From Monocercomonoides exilis PA203 (lineage: Eukaryota; Protista; Preaxostyla): DNA of 64,000 nucleotides. Below, one piece after another: positions 38,734-51,270 of the stretch; positions within the stretch are counted from its first letter, which is position 1; each line of letters opens with the position of its first letter. Below the pieces are notes generated by a model, which saw only the letters and a program-made list of their open reading frames with translations, searched no databases and was not told the origin of the DNA. Made by a program: the position numbers and the translations under genes. Location: NCBI GenBank assembly GCA_001643675.2, contig LSRY02000001.1:1488001-1552000 (forward strand), read 5' to 3'.

Positions 38734-40964
38734 CTCCTTGCGTTTGCAGATTCGCTCCATTGCGAATCGATAATACAATGTTTCTGCCTTTGAGTTATTG
38801 TTGGACGCAAATCAATTGCACCTGCATCATTTCCGGATGAACAATTTTGAAAAAAGCAATCATCAACGATTGGTTGAACACAGATGTTTTCGATCATGAT
38901 TCCGCCTCCCCCGCAATTTGTTGTAGCTTCAGCTGAGCATTGAATAAATAAAGAATGAAGAACAATGCATTCAGCTATTTTCAAGGCGTAAATTCCACCA
39001 CCTCTTGTCGACGAAGCATTGCATCTCGTAAAAGAAGAATTCTCAACTGTGAGAATGGTGCTTGTGTTGTCATGAACATAAAGAGCGCCTCCTTGTGGGG
39101 ATGTGCAATCTTCCCATTCACACAACGAAAAGGATTGGCTTTCTGTTGTGTTCAGTTTTTCCTTTTTCTGAAGAGCATTCATTTCTCTTTTCCCAAAGTT
39201 TATTGTCATATTTTTGCAGATGAATTCATGTGAAGAATATGATCCACTCGAGATCCCTCCTTCAAAGACATTCACACACGAATAAATGAGACAGTTCTCC
39301 ATTGAACTTCGAAAACATGAATGTTCCACAAAATGATCGCTATTCGCGGCATATTTCACAGACATGTTCCTGAAGGCACAATTAATGATCTGTTCAATTT
39401 TGCTCTTTCCTGATAATAGGAAATTGTCTGAAGATGAGATGCCCAGGTCTGTGATGATGGAATTGCTCAAAATGGCTGAATTGGAATCATCAGATGAAAA
39501 TATGAGACTGGACGGATTAAGATTTTTTGGGGGGATCAAACTCAAATTCACCATTTCTATTGACCCACTTTGCAAAACAAAGGGAGATTCCGATTTTTGG
39601 TGGAAAATGCATGAATCAATCAAAATGGCTGATTTGTCATAAATTCGCATTGATGGCGACAACGTATATTCAAATGCTATATTTTTCAGTCCAACTGAAG
39701 AATTGGCAAATGTGAAAAATGTGCCAATTACTGAAGAAATTCCTGAATGCAAAACTTTCTTTTCTAAAATATTTCTCTGTTCATCCAAGGAACAAATATT
39801 GTTATTTGAGGAATAAAGCTTATCTTCTGGCACAACTCCATAAAGATAATTATAAAATTTGTAAGAAATAAAAGTTTTCCAATCATTGTGCTTTTTCAAT
39901 GTGGCAGTTCCAATTTTGTCTTGTCCATTCAACGCTTTTGTCAGGAAAAGAAATGCCAAAAGAAACAAATACATGTTCATCTGAAATAAAAATCAATTTG
40001 ATCTGATGGATTTAATGTTTTTTAATTGAACAAACTTAGCATTATTGTTATTTATTTTTATTGAAAGCTAAACGAAAATCAATGAGTTTTTTGATTTCAA
40101 CATTCGTTTTTCACAAATGGAAATGTAATGATTTTCACCATTAATAGAAGTTCTGAATGAAGATGGGGTGGGTGAACTGAATTCAATTTTTGATAATAAT
40201 ATATTAATACAACAGAAAACAAATTGCAAGTGATGAAACCCTGCAACTATTTGCAATTTTAACCAAAAAGAAGATTCAAAAAAACAACACTTTTGAAGGT
40301 TTTTCACTTGATTGAAGCCTTTCATTGTTTTGATTCAAAATTGAGCAAAGAAAACATGAGAAAAAACTCCTGGGGGAAGTGGCGTCTTTCGGTAAAGTTG
40401 AAAAGAGTGTTGGAATGTCTCGATATGTTGAATCAATGTTTTCACCGAAGTTCTCATCCAATGCATTGGAAAATGTTCAGGCTAAAGAATGAGTTTTATT
40501 TTGTGCAGGGTTATGCATAACAAAAAAATTATTTTGGATGTTTGTTTGTTTGTCTGACCTTTTTATCAAAATGAACATTTGAAAACCTACTTTTAGAAGA
40601 TATTTTGAGTATTTCTTTTGGTGAAAAAGAAAATAGTTAACGCATCAATAAATTCATTTAAATGCACAATTTGTTTCTTTGAGTGGGGTGGAGAGGGAGG
40701 AAATGAAAGTTTTCTGTTGAAATTATATTGTTGCGGTTGATTCAAAAGTGCAAAATACAGTCCAAACTGGATTTAGTTACATCGCATATTATCACATTAA
40801 TTAAAAATTACATTTTTGTGTGCAATATCAATTTTTTTATTAATATTTCATTTATCATTCATCGCATTCAATCACAGTGAAATTTTCACATTATCACATT
40901 TTTTATTATTAAAAATGATTTTTTATGAAAAATCTGTTTTTTAATTGAAAATTTCGATTTTCAT

Positions 40965-41206
40965 TGTCTAAATTTTTTTGAAAAGTTCCTTTTGTTAAAT
41001 TTTCAAATAAAACTAAAAATTCATTTTTCGATCAAATTTCTGTTTTCACTCACCAAATTTTGCTGTTATAAAAACAAAATCTTGACAATGTTTGCATTTC
41101 CCTTTTAGTGAATTTTCATGATTTGGAAAGAAAATTTGATCGAAATTAGAATTTTCAATTCAATTTGAAAATTAAACAAAAGGAATTTATCAAAAAAATT
41201 AAGACA
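40965..41206. repeat. Imperfect inverted repeat (about 76-bp arms, about 90-bp spacer), foldback or MITE-like
   Basis: 40965-41040 (TGTCTAAATTTTTTTGAAAAGTTCCTTTTGTT...TTTCGATCAAATTT) pairs with 41130-41206 (AAATTTGATCGAAA...AACAAAAGGAATTTATCAAAAAAATTAAGACA). Confidence 0.8.
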
Positions 41207-43000
41207 TATATTATCCAAAAAATTTTTTTTAAAAATAATCTTAATAAAGTGTATTAATGATAAAAATTATTTTTTTTTTCAGAAAAATAGTTTTCATGAA
41301 GAAGTTCTGAAACAAAAAAGTTCTTCCAAAATTAATTATTAATAAAAAACGTTTTTTTTTTCCTATGAAAACCGACTCATTTGAAATAACAATAGATTAT
41401 TGTCGCAAAAAGACGTTCAAAAAATTATGTGATAATATCCAATTTTGACTTAACAATAAATAATATTCATTTGATGTTCCAAAAATGGAATTTTTTTGAA
41501 TATTGTTGATGAATTGTTTATTATTTTTTATATATGTGATTATTTTTGAAAATATATTTTTACTCACTATATTTTTGTTCAAAAAATTCTCTTGAATATA
41601 AACAAATGAACTGTGAACAGTGAAAGAGCATATTTGAGACATTTTCATCTTTAATTTGGTTGAAACATTTGTTTTAAATAAAGGTGATGATTTTAGCATT
41701 TGAATACAAAACCTCTTCCTAATGACAAACAACATGTGAAAAATCTTAATCCCGAAAAAAGTTATGATTTCAAAAACAATCATCCATGTCATATTTTGTC
41801 GACATAAAGTTATTTCTCTTTCAAAATTGTCCATAAATTTTTGATAAATGAACATTGAAAAGTTTTTTTTTATTTCTTATTTTTTTTCCTAGAATATCAT
41901 CTGAATTATCGTTATTCAAAATGATCACAATGTTTTTTTTTAATGTATGAAGTATACTTTTGCAACTAAATACAACCTTAAAAGAAAAAATAATGAGAAA
42001 ATAATTATGATTTTTTCAACTATCACACAAGTTTTTCAATCTGCATGTTTGAAATAACTTGCATTTAAGAAAAAAATTTTAAATGCTTTTTAATATTTTG
42101 TTTCTCTATTTTTTTAATACCAATCTCAATTTTTGAATGTAAAATGAAGGCTATCAAAAACAATAACTTGCATTTTCACACATAAAACACTAATCCTAAT
42201 AGAAATTATTCTTTTTTTAAAATCTCAACCAAATAATTCACTCAATGAAAATTAGAAATATATTTTTTTCAAATAAGTAGTTTTTAATCTTGCGTTCATG
42301 GGCTTCACCATTTTTCATATTCAATCCGTTTAACAAATAAATTAATTATTAAAATAGAAAAAAAATAGTTTTCCAAATAAAGGAAAAGTTGTTTTGCCAA
42401 CATATAACACTTTCAATGATGATATTTTTACTCACTCAACGTTGTTCCGCTTCGCCTTTTTAAAGTTTACTCTATCATTCCAAAAATGTCTAAAAATTTT
42501 TTGTTGAATAATGTTTGTTTTTATTCATAAGTGAAAGTTGAAAAAGATTAATTTTAATCTCATTTTTTTTTGTTCAAAAAATGAATATTTCACTTCATAA
42601 AAACCACATAAACATCATCAGAATTCCTGTTGGCACAGCATTTCACATAATTCACATACGCAATTACAAAGAAGAAAAAAATATTAAGCACATATTTTCA
42701 TGCTGCATTTCGCTTAAAGTTTTTAGAAAATATTCAGAATTTTAAGAAGCATTATATTTTTGATACTATTTTCATTTTTTCAAACAAGCATTGAGAAGTT
42801 GCAAAAAGCAATCCAAAAGAATAAAAGAATTATTGTTTAACATTTACAATATTATTGGGAAGTGATTGTTTTCTAAACCTGCTTTGACGAAGGATATCAT
42901 GCAGATTGGTCTTTGTTGAAATGAAATAGCTTTTTGTGAAGTGAAAAGGATGTGATCATTCACCAAAACATCAGTAATAAGAAAGACTGTGAAGTGCATT

Positions 43001-44436
43001 TCAAAGCTTCAACTTCTTTGCTTTTGTTGTAGTTATTTCCATTTCTCCTCCGGATGATTCATCTCGCTTCCTCTTTTTTGTCCCCCAACCACCTGCAGTT
43101 GAAAAAGCATTATCCTCACTTTCTGATCTTTTTCTTTTTTTGCCTTGTTTGCCTCCTTCGCTTGAACTTCCATCAGCTTGCATAATTGCTTGTTGAGCAG
43201 TTTTCTCCATCCCTTTCATGAAGCCAACAGTTCTCCGAAGGCCTTTCATTCCATCTCCTGTGAGCACAACATTGTGTGCGCCCATCCTCTTCAGCTGTTC
43301 AAATGCACCAACTTTAGCAGCTTCTTCTTTTTCCCTGCGAGTTTGTGCTTTTGCTCCCCCTGCTGCTGCTCTCATTGTCAGCTCTTCTGCTTTCTTTTTG
43401 GCATCTTCATCTAACTCTGCCATATCCACAGAGTGTCCGCCAAGTGCAATTCTTTTGATGGAATCTTCTCGTTCTCTGCGAAGATCCTCAAGCATTCTCC
43501 CTTTTCTCTCCACAGATTTCATCTTTTGTCTTTTCTTTTCCTTTCCTCTTTCTCTATCTCGTTCGCTGCTTGTCTTCTCCTTTTCTGTTTTTTCAATTGT
43601 CTTCATATGATCTTTAATTTCTTCTGGAGCAAGACGTGCTGCTGTACTTACGGCAACAGCTTCTGCATCAATTTTCAACGAGGCTTCAGGAGCAGTTGTA
43701 GTTGGAGTGGTTGTTGTTGGAATGACCGTATGAGTTGTAAACGAATATGATGATAATGAATCCAATTTGGATGAAATTGCAGTCCACATGGCGATTAAAG
43801 CTGTGTGCTCTTCTGCTAATGGATCAACTTCTTTTAATCCCATCACCTCTTCCTTGTACTTTTGAGTATACAACTCACCCAAACCAAGTGTTGATTTTTG
43901 TGCACTTACAGTCGGAAGCATAGCGCGTAAAGAAGGTCGACGAATGATTTTCCGTACGACGCTATCAAAAAGATTCTTCAAAATTGAAATGTTTTTAAAA
44001 AACCGCGTTTTCAATTAACACATACTTCACGAACTCGAGCTTTAATTAATTCCTCAATTGATGTTGTAGTTTCTTCAGTTATTGTTGGAGGCATCTAAGG
44101 TTTAATAATAGCATCACATAAAATGTTATAAAAGTAAAACGAAGAAATGAACGAAAAAAACATTGCACACTCTCGTAGCCGTTTCAAATTCAGTAATTTC
44201 TTCTAAAAGACTATCCTTTGGTCTTTTTGGAGCAATTACTTCTCCAGTTAAATGCCATTGCTTTTCTGCAACGAGCTGTTCCTCAACTGCAGCAATTTTT
44301 TTTGCTCTTGCTTGCTTCGCGAGCTCAAAAGAAGATAATTCTGAAAAAAAGTTGTAAAACAAATAAATGTTAATCTATATTCGTTAATTAAAGCTTTAAA
44401 ACCTTCTGAGTGCTTCGAAGAGCGTCTTTTATCCAT
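43001..44436 (-). CDS. MPP10: U3 snoRNP protein Mpp10, short form (about 415 aa); exons 44436-44403, 44340-44171, 44094-44026, 43975-43001
   Basis: LSSFE..WHLTGEVIAPKRPKDSLLE..EFE, PPTITEETT..IEELIKARV..FDSVVR, KSTLGLGELY, KLDSLSSYSF, LAPEEI. Confidence 0.9.
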
Positions 44437-44557
44437 TGATGATCTTAACCATTTCTTATCTTTTTTGCAATTTAATCGAGTTTTCTGTTGAACTAACGTT
44501 TATACCCTGAACATCTTTCAATTTTTTTAAAAAAGTTACTTTTGCAATATTTCAAAA

Positions 44558-45512
44558 ATGTGGTTCACTAGCTTTATCATCAGCTTTATTATTGGAAGCA
44601 CTTTTACTTTATCTTCAGATGGGCACAACGATAATTGGGCTGTAATTGTTGATGCATCTAATTTTTTCTTCAATTACAGGTTTATGATAAATGATTTGGA
44701 ATGAAATATAATATTATCTAACAATATTTGCATTTTTATACAACAGACATGAAGCTAATGCTCTTTCACTTTATCATGAGCTTCGAGAAAACGGATTTCC
44801 TGATGATCACATAATATTGATGATTTCGGAAGATTTTAGCGGAAATGTGAGAAATCAAATTCCAGGAACCATTTATTCCGATCGTTCTCATTCATGTAAT
44901 CTTTTCGATGAAACAATTCAGGTTGATTATAAGGGCTACGATGTTAATGAAGAAAGCTTTATGAGAGTTCTTGTTGATTCTCATCCAGAGGGAACGGCTC
45001 GATCAAGACGTATGCTTTCAACAGAAAACAGCAATGTTTTGGTGTATATTACTGGACATGGAGGAGAGAATTTCTTAAAGTTTAGAGATCAGTCAGCGAT
45101 TACCGGAGATGACCTTGCAAATACGATTGAACTTATGCATAAGAAAAAGAGATTTAAATCCCTATTTTTCATTGCTGATACGTGCCAAGCAAGTACATTG
45201 GCCGAGCAGATACACACGCCAGGATTCTTCTCTTTGTGCTGCTCTTCTGTTGGAGAGTCGTCGTACGCGACGCATTTTGATCCAAAAATTCACACACCGC
45301 TTGGAGACAGATTTACCATGTCGCTTGTGGAGTATCTGAAGCGCCACAGAAACAATCGATATGCAACAATTGAAGAGTTCTACCGAACCCTCAATCCTGG
45401 ATATCTCGAAGCACATCCAGTCTTTCGAACTGATCTTGTAAATGTGCCAGTTAAGACATTGTATTTAGCAGATTACTTTTCTTACAAAACTCAAGTTCAA
45501 AATATTACCTGA
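44558..45512 (+). CDS. GPI8: GPI-anchor transamidase catalytic subunit (GPI8/PIG-K); exons 44558-44679 and 44747-45512
   Basis: Signal peptide, NWAVIV..S.FFFNYRH.AN, catalytic YITGHGG and ADTCQA. Confidence 0.93.
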
Positions 45513-46146
45513 ATTTTTAAGCTGAAGCCAGTTGAAACAAAACTGTAATACACAGGCATTAAAGAAAATCTAATTTCTTGAGTCTGCGCCTGTGTTTGAT
45601 TGGGAAATTAAGTTGAGAATGCTTTGGCATCTCTTGTTATGAATTCCATTTTCGCTTAATGTTAAAGTTGAATTAAATTGTTCATTTGAAGTTTGCTGTT
45701 TCGATCCTTTTAGAAATCGAAAATTTCACTTTGCTGTTTGATCTTTTATCCTTTCCATTGAAGAGAAAAGAAGGAAAATTTGAACACAATAAAATTTGCC
45801 ATCCAACATTATTTTATCAAATTGAGCAATATGTTTTCAAAAGACAAAGTGCTGATTGATTGCTAGTTTTTTTTTTTTTTTTTTGTTTTCCATTTTCTCA
45901 TTTTGCACTTCTCATTTTTCTTTTAGAGAAGCACAAAAAGAGTGGCAAGTGAGTAGATTCTGAATTGATTAAGAAAGAATGAAGTCAATCGAGATGATTA
46001 ATAAAATGAAGTCATAGACATAAAATAATAAGCTAAACAAAAGGAAAGTTAGTTAGCAGATTAAGAAATACATCTGAAGTAATGTGACGTGAATAACAAG
46101 ACGATAAAATAGAGTGCTGTGAAATTCATAGCAACCAGGTGCTGCT

Positions 46147-49072
46147 TTATGCAAGCGAATGAATGAAAGGGAAAGATTTCCTCAGCTCCTCAATCACCTC
46201 ATCCAGCAAGCTTTTCCGCTCTTTCTCCTTCTCCATCTTCGCCTCCATCTCCTCCCTCGTCTTCACACCCGATGACCACTCGCCTTTAAGCTCTGTCTCA
46301 TATCGCTTGATGAACCGCTGGCAGCGCGTTAGCTTGTCCAGATTCTTCTGCTTCTCCATCAGCAGCTCTGTCGTTTTCTCCTGCTCGCCTTTCTTCATCG
46401 CCTCCAGCTCTGCTTTCTTCTCTGCATTCTGCTTCACTTTGTCCTGCAGCTGCGACTGCTGTTCAGCTGCTGCTTTGCAGTCTGCCTCTGTCCTCGCCAC
46501 TTCAGCCTCAATCGCTCTTGTCTTCCTCTGAATGTCTGTTATCTGCGCCTTGATGGCCGTCTTCGTTGCACCCAATCCGCCCGTCCGCCCAAACGACCGC
46601 GTTGTGACACCAGCGCCTGTCGTTCCTCTGATGCCGCGGGCAGTCGACGCCTTTGCCGCTGTCATCGCCATCTTCTGCGACGACCAGTTGGTCTGCGCAA
46701 TCGACGCTCGGCTCATCACAACCTGCTCCATCCGCTTGGCTGTCTCCTCCTCGCTCTTCTTGATGACCTGCAGGCGCAGCTCCATTCGGTGGATCTCTTC
46801 TTCCATCTCTTTGATTTCTGACTCAGCTCCTGCAGTGTCAAGAGTCGACTGCGTCTCCTTCTCCAGCTCGATCTTCCTGTTCCACAGAAGCACCTGACGC
46901 TCACACTCCACAATGTCCTGCGTCATCTGCTCCTTCCCTTTCCGCTCTTCCTCCACACTCCCTTCCAGCTTCACCGCCTCTTCCTCGAGCTGCCTCAGCT
47001 TCTCCACAAAGCGCGCTTCCAGGTCGATTGTCGAAGAGGCAAGCGTGTCGTGGTCTTTGTTCCGCTTCGCAATCTGCGAGTTGAGCATCTCCATCTGCGT
47101 GTACATCTTCTTCACATCCTCTTCTAATTCCTGGAGCTCCCTCGTCTCCCCTTTCACCTGCTGCTCCAGACGCAGTTTCCTCTGCGAAAGGACTGTCTCT
47201 TGTGCTGTCAGCTGCCTGACTGAGCCGTCCAGCTCGTCGTTCTGCTTCATCAAAGACAGCAGCGACATCTGCAGCCGCATCCAGTTCCGCTCCAGCTCAG
47301 CACACTCTTCTTTCTTCTTCTCAATCTCTTTGGACAGGTTGTGGATCGTCGCCTCCAGAGGCCCCATGTCTTCTTCCTTCTTGTTCTGAAGGATCGCATC
47401 GTATTTTCTGTTCAGCTTGTCCACTTCTGCCTGTTTCTTCGAAATTTCATCGTTTTTGCGCCGAATTTCAACCTCAAACTTCTCAATAATTGCGTCTTTC
47501 TCTGCAAGCTGTTTGATAAGAGCATCCAACGTCTTCTTGATGGAGCTGGTGTGTGCCTGTGTGTTCAGAATATCCAACTTCAGACACTCCAACTCGTTCT
47601 GAACGGTGGCTGCCTCCAAATCCTTTTCTCTGACCTTCTCAAGAATCTTCTCCCTGTTTGCTGCTGTCGACTTCGTGAACTTGTCAAACGAAGTCTGTTC
47701 GTCTAGAAAAGAGCTAATCTTGTCTTCCACCTGGATCTGCTCCGTCTGCAGCTTCTGCAGCTTGCCCTGGAGCGACTCGCTTTCGCTCTGCATCATCTTC
47801 TTGTTGTGCTGCGCAGACGCCACTTCTCCTTCGACAGAGTCTGCGCTCTTCTTCAGCACAGACAGGTCAGACATCAGCCGCTCGTGCTGCTCCTTCGCCT
47901 GCTCAATCCGCTTCAGCAGGCGCTCCTGGTCGCCCGACACATGCGACAGGATCTCCGTCTGCTTCTCGTTCTTCTCCTCTTCCTGCCGAATCAGGTTCCG
48001 ATACCCAATGATCTCTGAATTCAGCGTCGCCATCTGCTCCTTTTGTGTTCGCAGCGCCTCTTCGGTCTGCTGCAATGCTTCATCTCTCCGCTGCACACCA
48101 ACCATAGTCGAGTTGTATTGAAGCATAAGCTGTCTTTCTTCAACAAGCACATTCTGGGTGCAAATGTTGTAATCGTTGTGTTGTTTGATTTTTAAAATTC
48201 ATTGAAATGATTCGAAGAACAATGAAAATTAATTTTGTTCGAAAAAAGGAAATTGAGCAAAAAAATCAAAAAAATTGAAGACACAAACCTCTTTTTCTAT
48301 GTTTGCTTCGGCTAAAGTTGTTCGTGCAATTTCAGTTTCTTTTTGTTGCGCTGTGACTTGTGCTTCAAGAAGTGAGTATTGATCTTGAAGTGATCGCAAT
48401 TCTGCTTCTAGTTTATTCACAAGATAATCTTGTTCTTGCTTTGCGGCTTCTTGCTGCATTAAAGTTTCATCTGTGTGATATGCATCTCGCCTTGCAACAG
48501 CAATTTCTCCAACAACCGTATCATTATAATGTTTAAGTTTCATTAATTCCTCATTTGCTTCGTCTAATTCTCTCTGCGATTTAGCAACTTTTGCAGCAAG
48601 CTGCGTTAAAATATTTCTTTTTGCATCGGTTTCATCTTGTGCTTTTTTCAAGTCTTCATCAGATTTTTCTCTATCAACTTTTCCTGCATTGAAACGTTCT
48701 TGGAATTGTGCAAGTTCGGTATATCGATTTGTAAGCTCTTGCTGAAGTGAATAGAGCTCAACACCAATGTCTTCACGTCTTTTCTCTGCATTTTTAATTT
48801 CCCCCGACTAAATGATATTTTAAAAGTATCAGAGCATATTTCTAAAAAATGAAAAAGCAAACTTTTTCATATTTCTGTAATTTCAATTCTTCAAGCTGTT
48901 TTGTAAGCTGCTCTTTAATTTGAGCTTGAACACGGGCAATTATTGGCTAAAATGTCAAAAATAAATCTATCACGAGTTCTTATCTAATAATTGAGTCTCA
49001 AACATTATTTGGATCAAGGGGCTCTGTATCATCTTCAGGGTCATCTTCTGGATGATCCTCTAAATCAGACAT
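46147..49072 (-). CDS. CCDC40: Coiled-coil domain-containing protein 40 (axonemal ruler, FAP172-like), multi-exon
   Basis: LDPNNPIIARVQAQIKEQL, REDIGVELYSLQQ, MGPLEATIHNLSKEI, ERQVLLWNRKIELEKETQ, EIHRMELRL. Confidence 0.85.
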
Positions 49073-49637
49073 ATGTGATTTAGATAGGAAATTCCCAAGT
49101 GAAAATATAACAAAAACAGATACCCATTGTTTTAACTTTAATTGATCAAAACATTTTTGCAAAAAATTAAAAAACTCGTAAGAAGAGATTGATAAAGACA
49201 AAAAAATGCAAGAGCATACAAAGACAAAAAAGTTGAGATGATAAATCAATTGAAATTGATAAGATACATTTAATAGTTATATCGAATATTTGAACAAATA
49301 ATGTATACATAATGCATTCAACAACAAATGAAAATACAAAATTGAAAGACATCATTACAAGAAAAGGAAGAGCAATTGTAAATAAAAAAAATCAAATGAC
49401 TTTAAAGAAGACAAATGTTAAAGTAATTATCTTCTTGCAAATGAATAAAGAAGAAATAATAAATGCATAGACATGGATTTAAGCATGGTGAGATGTTTTT
49501 GCTAAGCTCTAAAGACAAAATAAGTGAAGAAAGAAATTGACAAAATTGAAAAATAAAATGGTTTATTAATTATTAATCAATCATATCATCAGAAAATATA
49601 ATAATAATAAAACAAAAAGTAATCTTTCATTCAATAT

Positions 49638-50945
49638 TCAATGACACACTATTGAAGCAGGATTTATTGGAGAAGTGTTTCCAGATGGAAGAAAGACTTT
49701 TTGGTGTGTAGAAGTTTTATTGCGGGTGGGAGAAGGTTTCAAATCTGCTCCTGGAATATACTCAGGAAACGGATTTATTGTTCCTGTTATTCCTTTCTTT
49801 CCAGGAGAAGAAGGACGGAATGGGATTCCTGGGTTGAAAGTGGATCGAGTTGAAGGGCGATCGCCTGCCAAATTGTGCGAAAATAGACATGTTATCAAAT
49901 ATTTCATATTTTATATTCGAAGAAAATTTCAATCATATTTATTTTGATTTAAGTTTAAAAAAAAAAATGCAAAATATGTTGAAAAAAGCATTTCACAAAC
50001 CCATGGTCTTCGACATCCTCTTCCGTTCTTTTGTAGAATCAATAGGAAGAGGCGCATAAACAGTCGTATCAAGTGGGCGCGATGGAGGCGACATTGAACG
50101 AAATGGAACAGGAGGCGGCTTTGGCTTCATTTTCTCCACTTTTGCGCGATCACCGCCATATGGTTCCGACATATATTCATACTAAAATAATAAAAAATTT
50201 GCTTGTTAAAAGATAGAATCTTCTGAAAAACCTCGTAGCCCCCAATTGTTGTGTGGAAATAACCAGAGCCACCACGCTTTCCAGGATTGGTGTAAAAATT
50301 ACGTTTCGAAATCTGAGATGGCCCTGGAGTTTGTGAGCGTTTAGTTTTTCGTTTTTTGTTTTGACTTTCATTTGAATCATCCAAACTCATTCCAGAGTAC
50401 GTAAATGGAGTGAAAAGACCATGAGTGTCTCCAGGACCAGTTCTTTCACATTACATAAAATAATCACACATTATAATAAAGAATGTTTTTTTCAAAAAAG
50501 AACACACAGAAGCTTTCCTGGACTACTTGGAAGAAACGGTTTATTTGAAACTGGAGGAGCGGAAGCATCTTTCTTTCGTTGAGCAGGATTTTGTTCGTAT
50601 GGTTCTCCCTGTTGAACGATGTTTAAAGAAGATTAACATAAACATTTCAAAAATCGAAAAACAAGGCATACCACTGCTAATGACTCAAAAGGTGTAAATG
50701 TCGTATCATTTGTAACTCCACGCTTTGGAGGCGATGTTAAAAGTTGCTTTCCAAAAAATCTACTATCTTTCAAAATCGAATCTTTATCACTGATGTATGG
50801 ATCCTAATAAAAAAGATAATATTAGCACAATATTCAGAAATATCAAACAAACCCCAGATGACAAATAAGGAGACAGCTCATACAAATCAATATGCTTTGA
50901 ACCTGAAGTAGAGCCCTTTGTAGAAGAAAGGGTTTGCGAGCTCAT
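49638..50945 (-). CDS. CFAP96 / C4orf47 (UPF0602)-like ciliary protein, multi-exon
   Basis: Spliced motifs GDPY, GKQLLTSPPKRG, GEPY, PFLPSSPGK, NFYTNPGKRGGSGY..T.G, YMSEPY, PFRPSSPGKKG..GTINPFPEY. Confidence 0.75.
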
Positions 50946-51049
50946 TTGAAAATTTACAAAATAAAAATTTCTTGATCTTTCCTATTATCAGAAAAACAGA
51001 AAAATTCACTCATGAATCTGTTAAATGAAAAAGTTTCAGTTTGCGAAAT

Positions 51050-51051
<2 letters not shown>

Positions 51052-51089
<38 letters not shown>
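51052..51089. repeat. Poly(T) tract, about 38 nt, intergenic
   Basis: Directly visible. Confidence 0.9.
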
Positions 51090-51090
<1 letters not shown>

Positions 51091-51270
51091 AAAAAAAGCA
51101 GAGTTATAAGTGAAGTTGGATTTCAATATTCTTTATCTGTTTTATTTCTTTATTGAAAAATTTGGAGAAGATTATAACTCGAGATATTTGTTGTAACATA
51201 AAAAGATAGAATAATCTGAATTATTTACAATTTATATGCGAAGCATTAAAAACATTTTGGCTTTGAAAAA

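Larger units (their letters stand above)
33865..38767 (-). mobile_element. DIRS1-like tyrosine-recombinase retroelement, non-autonomous or decayed (4,898 bp plus a duplicated 5-bp core CGAAT)
   Basis: Inverted termini, an internal complementary region matching both ends, recombinase and RNase H remnants in DIRS order, and restoration of the host ORF on removal. Confidence 0.88.
27295..39980 (-). pseudogene. Large type-I membrane receptor-like protein (signal peptide, beta-helix-like GGA/C-S repeats, TM, degenerate kinase-like C-terminus), split by a mobile element and carrying an in-frame TAG
   Basis: 5' part 39980-38768 (signal peptide MNMYLFLLAFLFLTKALNG) joins in frame to 33869-27295 (HCIIDS|YFESC). 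TM is WLLIVIVLAILFFVVLIVSVILAV; kinase C-lobe motifs are RWKAPE, FSIGMMLWECLTLEIPF and RP. TAG at 28044-28042. Confidence 0.85.

Noticed and set aside
33865-38767. Insertion as a spliceosomal intron or a cut-and-paste TIR transposon
   Set aside because: There is no GT..AG at the junctions on the host strand; the outer ends are not inverted copies of each other and no transposase is visible, whereas the ICR fits DIRS.
41397-41855. 152-aa ORF in AT-rich DNA
   Set aside because: F/I/K/N-rich composition typical of spurious ORFs, with no motifs.
46163-48121. Long antisense ORFs over CCDC40, and similar ones over Pol delta, importin-5 and the giant ORF
   Set aside because: Shadow ORFs caused by codon bias on the coding strand.
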